Below are positions 10,088 through 19,593 of a stretch of DNA of 43,640 nucleotides, piece by piece. The notes under the pieces are model-generated. The model made no database searches. It saw only the letters and a list, made by a program, of their open reading frames with translations, and had not been told where the DNA came from. The stretch covers positions 1 through 43,640 of the forward strand of contig JWZX01003392.1 in assembly GCA_001275005.1 (NCBI GenBank), in the 5' to 3' direction. The stretch is from Chrysochromulina tobinii. Lineage: Eukaryota. Made by a program: the position numbers and the translations under genes. How positions within the stretch are numbered: the stretch's first letter is position 1; each line of letters begins with the position of its first letter.

Positions 10088-10910
10088 GCCTCTCCCGAAT
10101 CGGGAACGTGTCCCTGAGAGACTCGTTGGAACCGCCAGTGAGTCTCGCGCAGGGGTCGCAATTCGGTGCGCGCTCGAGCGTGCAATGCAGAAAGCCGCTC
10201 GGGCAGGTTCGTCCACGTGGACGCGTCCACGTGGCAGGTCCAGGTGGCCCTGCTTGGCGTCTGACTTGTCTGTGAGATGGCGTGGATGTGTGCTGTCTCG
10301 ACGAGGGCGTGCATTGGTGGGTGCAGGCCGCGCGGCGATACAGCCCCCCCGGGTGGATTGTATTGGGAAACCCACGGGTCGGTTGCATGAACAGGATGGT
10401 CACAGGACCGAGATCCCATGCGAGGTCCGATGTGGCCGCTGGACGTTCCGTGACGTCAACGCGGCGTTGTGCAATCCTTGTGTGTATTGGTTCCCGCCCG
10501 GGTCCTTGCGCAGCGTAGCGGCGTCGGGGCGGCGCGCTTCGGCCTGAGCCACGTGTAGTGTGCGCGAAAGCAATGCGGGACTTTTTTTACGTCGGCCCCT
10601 GTCGGCGGGCGACAGCAAGTCAGAAACGGCACCACCCTGACTCGTCTGTGTGCATGTGCGCTCGACAGCGTCGACACGACCATGGACACGACCCGCCCGT
10701 CGGGACGGTCCCGTCCATGGCAATTGCCGAATTGGTCCATGGTCCCGTCGCGCGGGGGGCCCCCGCGTGGCGTCCGGTCTGGCGGTGGAGACCCGCGGGG
10801 CGCCGGGTCTCTCACATATCTCAACATATGATATAGACACGGCACATGTACAACTACAATGCCATGAATGCTTACATTCACAATCATGGAGTTGTCCGCG
10901 CACTGCCAAC

Positions 10911-11935
10911 ATGACCACCACCGCGACCTGTAAAAGCTGTTCCGAGTCCTTTCCCCCAGTGCTTTGCGGCGACGGTCGGACGACGGTATATGGCAGCACC
11001 GTTCGCGAATGCAGCCGCTTTTACACGGCCGCCAGGGCCTTTGACACCACGATCCGGCAGTGGACCGTGGTTTACAATTCGACCGCAGCTGAGCTGTACC
11101 CCGGCTGCCGTCAAGCGCTCGAGACTTTCTTCTGTTCGCAGGAGGAGGTTTACCGCGACGATGGCGTCGAGCCCTCGGCTTGCAGCGCGTACCGTCGGCC
11201 GGATCACACCAACGTGCACCGCTGTCTCGCCTTCTGCCCAGCGATCCGCGACACCTGCCCTGCGGCCGCATATGCGTACTGCCAGGAGCGCTGCCGCTCA
11301 TTGCACGTGCCCGACTACTGCAATGTTATCGAGGTTGTTGGGCTCGAGCATAGCCGCTACCCGCCTGACACAGTCGACATAATGAATCTGTACCGTATTG
11401 AGCAGGAGGCAGACACTGCACTGCTGCGCAACGGCCGGCCTTACTACCGTTCCATACCGGCTCGACGGTATGGCGGGCAGTATGGAGCGGGAGGTGGTGG
11501 GAGCACGACGAAGCAAGAGTACTTTCTGTATTCGACGCAGATCCGCGGCTTCCCCGAGTGGCTCCTCGACACGAATGACGAGGATTCTGACGGGGCCGTC
11601 GCCTTCGTGTCGGATGCGAACATGGAGCCGTCGAAAATCAACTCGGACTGTAAGCTGCCCGCCACGAGAGCACTGCACCTCTACCGCCCATCGTAGCTGC
11701 ACCTGCTCCCGCGCGCCTCTCACCGTACGGATCCGCATGTGCAGGGAACGTGTGGTCACCGAGTAAGAGAGTGTGGACGGGCGAGCCAATGCACATCATC
11801 TGCCACGAGGAAGGGATGACCAGCAGCGCCTCGCTGAGGAGGACGAGCGGCATGCTCGCCGCGAGTATGGTCGGGCTGGTGCTACCCTTGGCTACGCTCA
11901 GCTGCTTGAGGAGGCGACGGCATCACCAGTACTAA
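10911..11935 (+). CDS. Cys-rich (Frizzled-CRD-like) protein with C-terminal hydrophobic anchor; intron 11650-11744; start uncertain
   Basis: CRQALETFFCSQ..C..RCLAFCPAIRDTCP. Donor T|GTAAGC and acceptor GTGCAG|GG join to the ORF at 11750-11935, giving DWNVWSPSKRVW...MLAASMVGLVLPLATLSCLRRRR. Confidence 0.65.
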
Positions 11936-12184
11936 AGCCTCCAAAGCTCCTGTGCGGACACGATCCCCGACCGCCCGCGCCGAGCGACACACGTCACGCC
12001 GTCAACCGTCATGCGCACGTGTGGCACGTGCAGGTGACAGTCTGTGTGCTGACACCTGGACTGCTCCGCTGTGTGTGTGTCCTCTTTCTAACATCTTTCC
12101 TATCGGTAGTCGAGACGAGAGTTTCCACCCGCCGCTCGCGCCCTGTGCCGTGTGCGGGACCGGCGGGGCTACACACGGGGGCGG

Positions 12185-12323
12185 GGGGGAGGTATCGTCT
12201 TTCTGGATTCACACACTATCCCCACCACCTGATTTTGAACTCAGTGATTGACCCAAAGGGGTAGGGGGAGGTATTCTTTCTGGATTCACACACTATCCCC
12301 ATCACCTGATTTTGAATTCAGTG
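12185..12323. repeat. ~60-bp direct repeat, 2 copies (12185-12246, 12264-12323)
   Basis: gggggaggtat..tctttctggattcacacactatcccca(c/t)cacctgattttgaa(c/t)tcagtg occurs twice. Confidence 0.9.
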
Positions 12324-12424
12324 CGCGCTCGTGCCACTGGGACCGGCGCCGTCCGCCGTGCCATCTTTCGCTATGTCTCGACGACCGGACGTGTAGACAC
12401 GTGCATAAGCATGTCTCTTTCCTG

Positions 12425-13846
12425 CTAATCGGCCTGTCCCTCAGCCTCACCCCTCTCCCAAGCAGAAGAAAGTGAGGCTGAGGGTCCCACCGAGGCAGGA
12501 GCTTGGTGCAGCTTCTTCAGCTTCGCCTTTTCGCGCTTCTTCTTGTTCATCGCAGCATTCTTACCGGTCGACGGAGTATCACCATCTGACTCCGTTTCCC
12601 TCTCCGCCGCCTCTGCCCCTGGCTCCGCGTCTGTTGCTTCTCGAGCTGAGCCCTTTGCCACGGGCGGCGCGGACGGCGCAGCATTCACAAGAATCCAATG
12701 GTTGGCGCCCCACTTCTCGCCTTCGAGGACGCGGCAGCCGGCGTGCACCGCCGTCGGGTCGACCGCCCCCGACTCGTCGTGGTTGTAGAAGAGCAGCGCC
12801 GAGCCTCTACGCGGCTTGACAATGAGGCCCAGACCATGGGCCGCCGGCTCTGCGAGTTTCATGGCCTCTCCAGGAGTCATCGCCTTGTCGGCAGCGGGGA
12901 AGGCAGTCTCTCCGCCGCGGGGCACGTCATTCAGGTAGTAGAAGGCCGTGAGCAGCCGCGAGTGGAATTTGGACGAGTCGTGATGCATGCTGAATGTGGC
13001 GTTCGTCGAGTAATGGACTACCTGCAGGTCCTCAGAGCGTTCCACTTGCGGCAATGGGAGATTCGTCAAGGCAGCGAGCCGTCGCTGCAGCTCGGGCAGA
13101 AGGGCGTCCTCGGCCGCGCCGAGGAAGACGGACGATGAGGTCCGCTCCGCCTTGCTCGCGTCGCCCATCACCAGCGAGCCCTTGAGCCGCGTCCGCGCGA
13201 GCGCCACGATCCTATCGCACTCGTCTGCGGTCAGAAAGTGGTCAACTCGGAACACGAGCGGCTTCAGCGCGAGCGTCTCCATCTCGCAGCGCGTGCCATC
13301 CGGCAGCTCGAGCGTGCGCACGTGCCCGATCTCGACGCCCTCCCATCGAAAGGACGCTGCCGCCGATGTTGCCGCCGCGGGTGCGCCCCCGCCGCTCGGC
13401 GTGCTGCCGCCGCCTGCCAATACTTCCGCTAGCTGGTATTGCGTCCTTGCGTCGTCTAGCTGCTGCAGGGATGAGAGGATATTGCCAAGCAAATGGTGCG
13501 CGGCTGCGTAGCCGTCTTTGTGCGCGATGGCCTGCTCGCAGAGCTGCTGTGCCTCGGGTAGGTGCTCATCGCCGCGTTCACTCAAGATGATTGCCAGGTT
13601 GTAGTGCGCCTCCGCATACTCAGGCTTGAGCTTGATCGCTTTCCTCCACGACGCTTCGGCGTCGAGCTTCTTGCCCTGCGATAGAAAAATGGCCGCGACA
13701 TTATTGTGAACGGCTGCAATTCCCGGGTTGATGGCGATCACCTCCTGGTAGGAGGCGAGCGCAGCCTGAAGGTTGTGCGATCGGTGGGCGTCTACGGCGG
13801 CCTGGTAATGCGTCATGAGAAGCTGCTGCTGCTGTTGCGCCGCCAT
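12425..13846 (-). CDS. TPR-repeat prolyl 4-hydroxylase (2OG-Fe(II) dioxygenase)
   Basis: N-terminal TPRs (KPEYAEAHYNLA). The P4H domain has FLTADECDRIV, EDLQVVHY, HHD, YLNDVPRGGETAFP and HAGCRVLEGEKW. Confidence 0.9.
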   Translation of the reverse strand: MAAQQQQQLLMTHYQAAVDAHRSHNLQAALASYQEVIAINPGIAAVHNNVAAIFLSQGKKLDAEASWRKAIKLKPEYAEAHYNLAIILSERGDEHLPEAQQLCEQAIAHKDGYAAAHHLLGNILSSLQQLDDARTQYQLAEVLAGGGSTPSGGGAPAAATSAAASFRWEGVEIGHVRTLELPDGTRCEMETLALKPLVFRVDHFLTADECDRIVALARTRLKGSLVMGDASKAERTSSSVFLGAAEDALLPELQRRLAALTNLPLPQVERSEDLQVVHYSTNATFSMHHDSSKFHSRLLTAFYYLNDVPRGGETAFPAADKAMTPGEAMKLAEPAAHGLGLIVKPRRGSALLFYNHDESGAVDPTAVHAGCRVLEGEKWGANHWILVNAAPSAPPVAKGSAREATDAEPGAEAAERETESDGDTPSTGKNAAMNKKKREKAKLKKLHQAPASVGPSASLSSAWERGEAEGQAD

Positions 13847-14463
13847 TGGCACGAGCAGGAGAGCGAAGAGAAAATGAGAAAATGCCGTGTTTGGCGCGCG
13901 CGTTGTCGTCGTCGACGTCAGCGAGCACTACACGAGCCCACCAACTCTACCTACGAACCACAAGGGGTCGGACGCCATGTCGCGGAATCACGCCGCCGAA
14001 AATTACATCCCTCATCATGGGGGCTCCCAGGCGCGGCAGGCCCCCCGCTCCTGTGGGGAAACGCAAAGGCCTGCGAGAATTCATTCTTTATGAAAACACA
14101 CAACACTCGTCGCCGAAACCACTTGCGCGCTCATTAACATGCCTTACGGAAGAACGTATGGAAGTTTCAATACACAAAATAGTGTTCACACACCGATACG
14201 GCATTACCGCTAAACATTGCACGCGGCTCCCCCCTCGCCTGTCCCGTCGGGTCCTGCCTCCTGCTGGCTCCTGCGTAACGTATTGGTGAGGTCAACCAAA
14301 CTCCGAAGGTACCGACTGATGTTGTGTGTTGACTGTATTGTCATGCTCCACTCACTGTTGTAATCGTCCACTGTTGTATGGTGTTGTATGGTGTTGTATG
14401 TTTCACTGACGACTGCGCGTGTGTGCGAGTGCGTCACCCGAGCCGGCGCGCGTTTCTTCCCGT

Positions 14464-16221
14464 TTATCGACCTGTTGAAGTGTCGAGCTGCTGCGGCTCC
14501 AGCACGGCATGGCTCACGCTCGCAATTGAGCTCCCAGCCGCCACGCTCCCAGCACCGCTGCCACAGCAACCACGAGACTTGCTGCCCTTGCAGCGTGGGC
14601 CTTGCGCGATCGCGCCTACCGAGCAGGGCAGCGCCTCAGACGGTGGACGTGCAGGGACGTGACCAGGCGCGTCCTCAACTAGGAATACAATCTTAGTCCG
14701 CTGCTTGAAGCGGTGCTCGAGCAGCTGCAGATCAAGCTGGGCGCGGTCGCGCGAGACTCGCAAGTGTTCACTGTGGCGGCACTGGCGACGAAAGCCGCAC
14801 GCCAACAGCAGCCCCAGAAGAAGTGCCAGGCTGGAGGCAAGGGCTGCGACCACGACTGGTAGTGATAGGGACCAGGGCGGCGTATGTGGCAGGGCTCGCG
14901 GCCAGGGCGGGGGTGGTATTAGTAAAGCAGCAAAGCAAGTGGCTGCGTTCCCAAAGCTTGTCAGCGACGTCGAGCCGAACGAGGCCCTACCCATAAAGTA
15001 ACCCGTCACAAGCGCAGATCCGCTGCCGCCATCATACGCGATGCCCCAGCCTGTTGTATAGAACGTGCCGCCCGCCTGGACGACCCAGTCGATGAAGCCC
15101 GCCGCTGTCACGTGCATCACAAAAGCGTCGGACAAACCTTGGCTTGTGAACGACGTCGAGTCGAAAAATGCAGTTTCGCTGAAGTAGCCCGTCACGAGAG
15201 CACCGCCCACGCCATCGTACGCGATGCCGAGGCCTTCGTCATCCAACGTGCCGCCCGCCTGGACGGCCCAGTCGATGGCGCCCGATGCCGTCACATGCAT
15301 CACGAAAATGTCGGAACCGCCTCGGCTTGCGAGCAACGTGGAGCCGAAGAATGAACTGCCGGTAAAGTAGCCCGTCACGAGAGCGCCACCCGCGCCATCG
15401 TACGCTATGCCGTTGGGTACGTCGAAGTACCTGCCGCCCGCCTGGACGGCCCAGTCGACGGTGCCCGACGCCGTCACGTGCATCACAAACGCATCGAAAC
15501 TGCCGCTGGATGTGAGGGACGTCGCGCCAAACAATGCTTTGCTTGTGAAGAAGCCTGTCACGAGAGCACCCCCCGTGCCGTCATGTGCGATTCCGCTGCC
15601 TCGAACCTCGGATAAAGTCGGATGATTGGAATCAGAGGACGCGTCACCTACCTGGATGGCCCAGTCGATGGCCCCCGATGCCTTCACGTGCATCACGAAA
15701 GCGTCGAAAAAGCCTCGGCTTGTGAGCAATGTGGAGCCGAACGATGCAACGCCGCGAAAGTCGCCCGTCACGAGAGCACCACCCGCGCCATCGTACGCTA
15801 TGCCGTTGGCTAGGCTGTAAGACTCGCCACCCGCCTGGACGGCCCAGTCGATGGTGCCCGACGCCGTTACATGCATCACAAAAACATCGAAACTGCTGCT
15901 TGACGTGAGCGTCGTCGCGCCAAACAATGCATTGCCGTCGAAGGAGCCCGTCACGAGAGCACCGCCCGCGCCATCGGTGGCGATGCCGGAGCTTCTCACG
16001 TCAGATGTACCGTCCACCTGCATGGCCCAGTCCAAGGAGCCCGACGCGTTCACGTGCAGCACGAAAGCGTCAGCGTCGCCTGGGCTTTCGAGGGACAGCG
16101 AACCGAACGATGCCTTGCCTTTGAAGTCACCCGTCACGAGAGCACCGCCCGCGCCATCGTAAACGAGTCCGAAGCCACGGACATAATCCGTACCGCTCGC
16201 CTGGACGGCCCAGGGGTACAT
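14464..16221 (-). CDS. seven-repeat beta-propeller (SBBP-like) single-pass membrane protein
   Basis: Seven ~61-aa repeats WAVQAGG..GIAYDGAGGALVTG.F.G...FG...LTS.G..D.FVMHV, then a Pro-rich linker, TM VVVAALASSLALLLGLLLAC and a cytoplasmic tail. Confidence 0.8.
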   Translation of the reverse strand: MYPWAVQASGTDYVRGFGLVYDGAGGALVTGDFKGKASFGSLSLESPGDADAFVLHVNASGSLDWAMQVDGTSDVRSSGIATDGAGGALVTGSFDGNALFGATTLTSSSSFDVFVMHVTASGTIDWAVQAGGESYSLANGIAYDGAGGALVTGDFRGVASFGSTLLTSRGFFDAFVMHVKASGAIDWAIQVGDASSDSNHPTLSEVRGSGIAHDGTGGALVTGFFTSKALFGATSLTSSGSFDAFVMHVTASGTVDWAVQAGGRYFDVPNGIAYDGAGGALVTGYFTGSSFFGSTLLASRGGSDIFVMHVTASGAIDWAVQAGGTLDDEGLGIAYDGVGGALVTGYFSETAFFDSTSFTSQGLSDAFVMHVTAAGFIDWVVQAGGTFYTTGWGIAYDGGSGSALVTGYFMGRASFGSTSLTSFGNAATCFAALLIPPPPWPRALPHTPPWSLSLPVVVAALASSLALLLGLLLACGFRRQCRHSEHLRVSRDRAQLDLQLLEHRFKQRTKIVFLVEDAPGHVPARPPSEALPCSVGAIAQGPRCKGSKSRGCCGSGAGSVAAGSSIASVSHAVLEPQQLDTSTGR

Positions 16222-16489
16222 GCACGCCCTGGGCCCTGACCTTCCTAGGAGAGTGCTGGTTTATGCAAAGGACCCTCGCGATAAAACTATCGTGCTATTT
16301 TTAGCCCGACTGTTAACGAAACCCGGACCTCACTCTGAGCACGTGTTCAAATTTGGACGCTGATGAACATCCGTTACCGTAGTCTCTGCCGCTTCTCTCC
16401 CGCCAATCCACGGTCTGAAAAACAGCGCACGCTCCCGCGTCACCCGGGTCAGGGACTTGCTCATCCTGCCCGCGAAGGGTTGCCCCATA

Positions 16490-18874
16490 ATGCCGACGCC
16501 CACGTGGCTGCAGCGCGAGCTAGCGCTCATCGCTGCTGAGGCGGAGCGCCGCCACGAGCACGAAGTCGAGTCGCTGCGTCACCGGCTGCAACAGTGCGAG
16601 ACGGAGCGGATGCAGTCGCAGCTGCACGCGCTTCAGCTCGAGGCACAGTTGCAGGAGGCGGACGCACAGCGCCAGGAGCTTGAGGGTGCGCTGGACGATG
16701 CGGAGAGCGAGATCGCGCAGCAGCGCCTGAATTCGGACCACGACAAGCGCGAGGAGCGCACCGTTGAGGCCGCGCAGCTGGCACGGATCAACGAGCTGTC
16801 CCGTGAGCTTATCGCGACGCGCTTCGAGCTTGCTGCGGCGCTCGGCCTGCTGCCGCCGACGGCGACGCCCTCGGCGTCCACCGAGGTATCGCGCCTCGGC
16901 CTTGATGCCCTGCTCAGTGCCGCTGCGCGACTCGATCTGCAGGCGGCTGACGCGATCCTCAACCCAGCTTGCGTGCTCACGCGGGCCGTCGGCGCGGCGA
17001 ATGCCGCGTCTGACGACGACGGCGCCGCTGCTACCAGCTCCGGGCTGGCACCGACCCCAGCGGCGGGTGCACCGGCCGCCGACGTCTCATCGCCGCCGAC
17101 TCTCGGCGAGATTTGCCAGGCCCAGCGCGATGCGCTGAGCGTTAGCCTCGACCGTGCACTGCTCACCGTGTGCAAGCCTGTCACCTCGCCCTCGGCCTTG
17201 GCCGTCACTGGCGCGCGAGGCGCCCGCGCCGGCACGACCGCCGGATCTGCCGGATCCGCGCCCAGCCCGTCGTTGTCGCCCACCTCCCTCAAACCGCGAG
17301 GCTCGCCAGCGGCCAGCGGCAAGCCGAAGCGCTCACCTCTCTCACCGCGCTCGCCCGCAGCAGTGAGCGCCGGAGCCGGCGCAGCGGCTGCCTCGGCCGC
17401 CCGCGCGCATGCCGCCGCCGCGGCGGCGATGGCGACCGCGAAGGGCGTGTCCCCGCCAAAGGTCGCCGATGATTCGATCGCCGAGTCGTCAGTTTCGTCT
17501 GGCGCAGACGGTGACGATGCGGAACGCGGTGGCGTACCCGAGCATACGTCGCCGGCCGACGAGGAGGCCGAGGCGCCTGGCGCGCGCGCGCGCTCGGCAG
17601 AGGCAGCTGGCGCACTCATCGAGGCCTTGCTGCTGCGCGGCGCCCAGGTGAACGCTGTGGACGAGACCGGGCGCACCGCAATCCACTGGGCATGTGAGCG
17701 CGGGCAACCGCTCATCGCGGCGCTACTGGTACAGCACCACGCCTCCTTGGAGGTGGTCGACGCACGCGGGCGCACGCCACTGCATGCGGCAGCGGCGCGC
17801 GGGAGCGGCACGCTCGTCGAGCTGCTCCTGCGGCACGGCGCCGACGAGACGGTCGAGGCATCTGACGGTTCGACGGCCGGTAGCCTTGCATCTGCTGCCG
17901 CTGACAGCGGCGCGGCCACCACCCTCGCCGACTGCACGCTGCGCGTCGCGGGGATGGCGCGCCGTGCGAACGCGCTGTACCGGCGCGGCCTTTTCGGCAA
18001 GGCGACGACGGCCTTCGAGAAGGCCCTCGAAGTAGCCACGGGCGCGGGCGCGTCTGTGTGCTCCGCGACAGACGTGGCTACTCTCCATTTCAATTGCGCG
18101 CGGGCCGCCATCAAGGAGGGTCGACACGTGTTTGCCCTCGAGCAGGCGACGGAGGCGGTGCGCGCTCGGCCCGACTATGCGAACGCAGGCATGCTGCAGG
18201 CCGAGTGCCACATGGAGCTCTTCGACTTCGACGCGGCCGCCGCCGCTTACCGGCGCGTCGCCAGCCTCGAGCCGCACAACAGCGCGTGGATCGACTGCGC
18301 TGAGCGCGCAGAGACGATGGCGCGTGCCACGCCGTATGAAGTGCTTGGAGTGCCTGACACGGCGGATGCGCCCGCGATCAAGCGCGCCTACCGGGTGCAG
18401 TGCCTGCAGTGGCACCCGGACAAGCACCAGAAGACGGCTGAGGAGCGCGCGCGCGCCTCGGCCATGTTCCAGCGCGTGACGAGAGCGTATGAGACTCTCT
18501 CTGATGAGCTCGCGCGCGCGGACCTCGACATTCGGCTGCGTGCTGATGCGCTGCGCGCCTTCCGCGCAGAGGCTGACTTGCGCGCCGGCACCGCCGGCGC
18601 GGGCATGGGCGCGGGCATGGGCGTGGGGGGCCGTGGTGACTTTGGCGGCGTCCACCACGCGCCCACCGTGGACCAGATCTTGCAAGACGCGATGCGCGCG
18701 GGGCGCGAGTTCGCTCGCGACTTTGGCGAAGCGACCGCGTACGATGAGCGCGGCTGCTACAGCGAGCGGTACACCCACGACCTCGACGAGGACTTGCGCC
18801 AGCCAAATTTTGGCGCCTGGCGCAAGCCGTCGCGCACGTCGCCTGCCTGGTTCGAAAACGACACCGCGGTGTAG
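16490..18874 (+). CDS. coiled-coil / ankyrin / TPR / DnaJ domain co-chaperone (DNAJC7-like C-terminal half)
   Basis: N-terminal coiled coil, ankyrin repeats (DETGRTAIHWAC, DARGRTPLHAAA), three TPRs, and J-domain PYEVLGV..IKRAYR..WHPDKH. Confidence 0.9.
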   Translation: MPTPTWLQRELALIAAEAERRHEHEVESLRHRLQQCETERMQSQLHALQLEAQLQEADAQRQELEGALDDAESEIAQQRLNSDHDKREERTVEAAQLARINELSRELIATRFELAAALGLLPPTATPSASTEVSRLGLDALLSAAARLDLQAADAILNPACVLTRAVGAANAASDDDGAAATSSGLAPTPAAGAPAADVSSPPTLGEICQAQRDALSVSLDRALLTVCKPVTSPSALAVTGARGARAGTTAGSAGSAPSPSLSPTSLKPRGSPAASGKPKRSPLSPRSPAAVSAGAGAAAASAARAHAAAAAAMATAKGVSPPKVADDSIAESSVSSGADGDDAERGGVPEHTSPADEEAEAPGARARSAEAAGALIEALLLRGAQVNAVDETGRTAIHWACERGQPLIAALLVQHHASLEVVDARGRTPLHAAAARGSGTLVELLLRHGADETVEASDGSTAGSLASAAADSGAATTLADCTLRVAGMARRANALYRRGLFGKATTAFEKALEVATGAGASVCSATDVATLHFNCARAAIKEGRHVFALEQATEAVRARPDYANAGMLQAECHMELFDFDAAAAAYRRVASLEPHNSAWIDCAERAETMARATPYEVLGVPDTADAPAIKRAYRVQCLQWHPDKHQKTAEERARASAMFQRVTRAYETLSDELARADLDIRLRADALRAFRAEADLRAGTAGAGMGAGMGVGGRGDFGGVHHAPTVDQILQDAMRAGREFARDFGEATAYDERGCYSERYTHDLDEDLRQPNFGAWRKPSRTSPAWFENDTAV

Positions 18875-19593
18875 CCCCTTGCGTATGTTGAGCAGAGGCG
18901 AATCATGCGGAGCGAGCGTACATGGACACGACGGAGAAGATCCATACGAAACCGCGGAAAGAAGCGGCCGTCCTGTCCGGCGCTGGCTGAGCGCCACGTC
19001 CGTGAGAGGGGGTAGGGTCGGCAGTTGGACTGCATGCCCCACATGGCGTGGCCCACGACCAGACGGGATACTTAGCATGAGCGGCGCGTCTGGCCACCAC
19101 ATCAGGCTTACCCCCGACCGCGCGATGTGTGTGTGTACTGGAGCGCGCGTTAGCGGTGGCGGGTGGGGGTGCCGCCGGGCGCACGTGTTTGCGTGTGGCC
19201 AACCCCCAGGAGCGGCTGGGGCTGCGCCCGCGGCCCCGCGCGCGCTCTCACATCGCACGGGTTGCGCCCTCTCCGCGATAAGAACCACAGTATGCAACCA
19301 TCCTCGATGCGGCGCGGCCCGTTCTCGTTGACTGTGGGTCACTCCTGGGTCCACTCCTGGGTCCACCGTTCTCCAAACCCGGCAAAACGATGACCGGACG
19401 ATGCATCCGCGGGCCGGAAGCAGTCCGAGCAGGATGCAAAAAGCCCGGCCGCGGCGTGCGCGGTGCGGCTCCCGCGCGCGCCGGGCTCCGCTGCACGAGG
19501 CCCGGTTTGCGGTATACGTTAGGGTAGAAGCCGGTGAGATGCGTCGAGAAAATGGACTCCTCTCTACAACGCATGCTTGATTCTAAAGGTCGT

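Noticed and set aside
9002..10375. 457-aa antisense ORF over MPP-beta
   Set aside because: Shadow ORF produced by high-GC codon bias, with no recognisable motifs.
16633..19366. Minus-strand ORFs of 493 and 547 aa opposite the DnaJ gene
   Set aside because: Low-complexity Ala/Arg/Ser shadow frames.
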